Source: Octopus vulgaris
Taxonomy: Eukaryota
Reading direction: 5' to 3'
Assembly: GCA_951406725.2 (NCBI GenBank)
Contig: OX597831.1
Coordinates: 69,378,001 to 69,442,000, forward strand
DNA length: 64,000 bases
Position numbers and translations under genes: made by a program. This document shows positions 62,032-64,000 of this stretch, piece by piece. The notes under the pieces were generated by a model. That model was not told the DNA's origin, made no database searches, and worked only from the letters and a program-made list of their open reading frames with translations. How positions within the stretch are numbered: position 1 is the stretch's first letter; the number at the start of each line of letters is the position of its first letter.

Positions 62032-64000
62032 CTTTTCCATATTGTTTGTTCTTTCTTTCTCTGTTATCTGCAGAAGTACATTTCAATATCTTTATGTCAC
62101 TAGTATAGTTCATGGAAAATTAATGCATTCAAATCATAGTTATGCCTAAACATTAGTGTATGAGTAAAATTAAAGTAGTGGTACAATCATGGATAGTTTA
62201 CATTCCCCAAGCTGGACACATACGGCAAAATTGAAATGGTTCTCATTCCGTTTGGTGCAATTTTGACTGGCTAAACCAAAACTAATCAAAAACCATCAAG
62301 AAATTAATAATGCATTTTACATAAGGAGATCAAAGAAAACCTTCTGTTAAATATTTTCAGTAAATTAAAGGGGAAATGGACATGAAACAAACTTCAGGAA
62401 TAAATAACTGCACTAAAAAGCCATTCCTTGATGTCAAGTCAATAAACAATGCAAAGAGTTCTGTGATTCACTCACACTTATCACTGATATTACCCTTCAA
62501 ACAAAACAAGAAATTTAAAAGACTACCTTTCATCATATCTTCATTACACACTTTGAAGTACACAAAATTCTTGTGACATCGGTTTCTGTTACATGTTTGG
62601 AAGACTGTAGTTGAACACAGTACGGCAAATTAACAAAACATTCAAATTTGCAATGCTAGTGAAATATTTCATTTATGTTACATACAAATAGATGGGGGTT
62701 CAGTGAGAGTAAATTGCCTTGACTAAAGTCATAGTACAACATTGCTGGCAGAATAAAAAGAGGCAACCCTTTAGCTGATTGTTTAATAATCTATTAGCTC
62801 AGCTGAAGTTACCCTGTAAATAATTGAAGATGAAATGACCAACGAAGTTGAGATATGCATTTTATTGAAATTTTATTTCAAAGTCGTTTGATGTCAAATC
62901 AATGTACATTGGTGACAGTTATCTACAATATGACACTTAAATTCTTTCTTCTTAGCCAAACAAGAAACTTTTAATGCTTGCCATAACTAAAAAGAAAATT
63001 AGAAGATAAATTTCTAACATTTCTTACGTCTCAGTAGGAATTAAAGAATTGTAAGAAATTACAGAATCGTGAAGAATTATATATCATTTGCCTTTCTGAA
63101 TAATGCTTTACAGAAATAATTGAAACATTAGATTCAGTTTTAAATTTTCTTAATGAAAAGTGGTATCTGGTTTTTATTGCTTAATTCCTGGGAATTTCAT
63201 CATATTGTAGATAGGAACAACATAATAAAACGTAATGCTTCCAGTAATCTCAAGGCGTTCTTAAAATCTGACATTTAGCTCAAGTTTCATGATATTAAGT
63301 GGACAAGATATAAATTTCTCATCTACACAGAAAGCCAGTCTTTTGCAGATATCACTCCCAGACAATCTGATAATTATTCCTAACAGCTAAACAAACTGTG
63401 GTAATATACAATTAGGGGGCTGCATGGAACACAAGCAAAACATCTGCAGTTGATTTCAATTAAAAACTTAAAGCTGGTAATGCTATACCATATCCATTCT
63501 CAAGTGAGTTAGTTTGCAGCTGCATTAAAGCACATAAACTAGAGTTTCCATTCCAGTTAAGTCTAAAATGTTCAATCAATAAACAAAATAATTGTTAATA
63601 GAAAGTTTTTGTCACATCTAGAGTAGTAAGTAAGGGAAATAAATTAAAAAGAAATGCTGTTTGTAATGAATGCCAAGAGAAAAAGAAAGTTAATGGTAAA
63701 ATACATTGGATAATTTTGACATTCTGTCAACAATATTAGGGTAACATGTTCTATGAATGTTTTTAATATTTTTGCTGCTTCTTTTGCAAATCACTCCTTC
63801 TTGAGTTGTTAACATCTTTCCAGTATGTTGTTCCTCTAAACAGCAAGTCACTTTTATCTGTCTGTCTATATTTGCATATATATTGATTAGTTCGCCAAAC
63901 ATATCGAGAACACTTTAAATTTACAATGTACAATGAATCTCTGAAAGATATAAAGCAGAAGAGAACTAGTAAGGGGACACTCATACACAAACGCATACAC

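Overview
AT-rich eukaryotic genomic DNA dominated by transposon relics and microsatellites. The SINE, RTE and Helitron repertoire looks like octopus/coleoid cephalopod DNA (my inference; no database was searched). No intact protein-coding gene is supported; nearly all track ORFs are microsatellite or SINE artefacts. Recognisable contents: a decayed hAT (Charlie/SPIN-like) transposase, an RT-deleted Tx1/L1-type LINE, a full-length decayed mariner and an internally deleted one, three non-autonomous Helitrons, a MITE with an 8-bp TSD, RTE, R4/Dong and Gypsy relics, more than 20 tRNA-derived SINE copies of several modular families, and several Penelope-like (PLE) relics. The most interesting signal is a set of type I hammerhead ribozyme (HHR) motifs. 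The best lies in a hairpin-rich 333-bp unit present as about 1.36 tandem copies (61579-62031), which fits a non-LTR retrozyme (viroid-like circular RNA retroelement). Several other HHRs have unusually long stem II insertions. Three weak minus-strand exon candidates may belong to a host gene.
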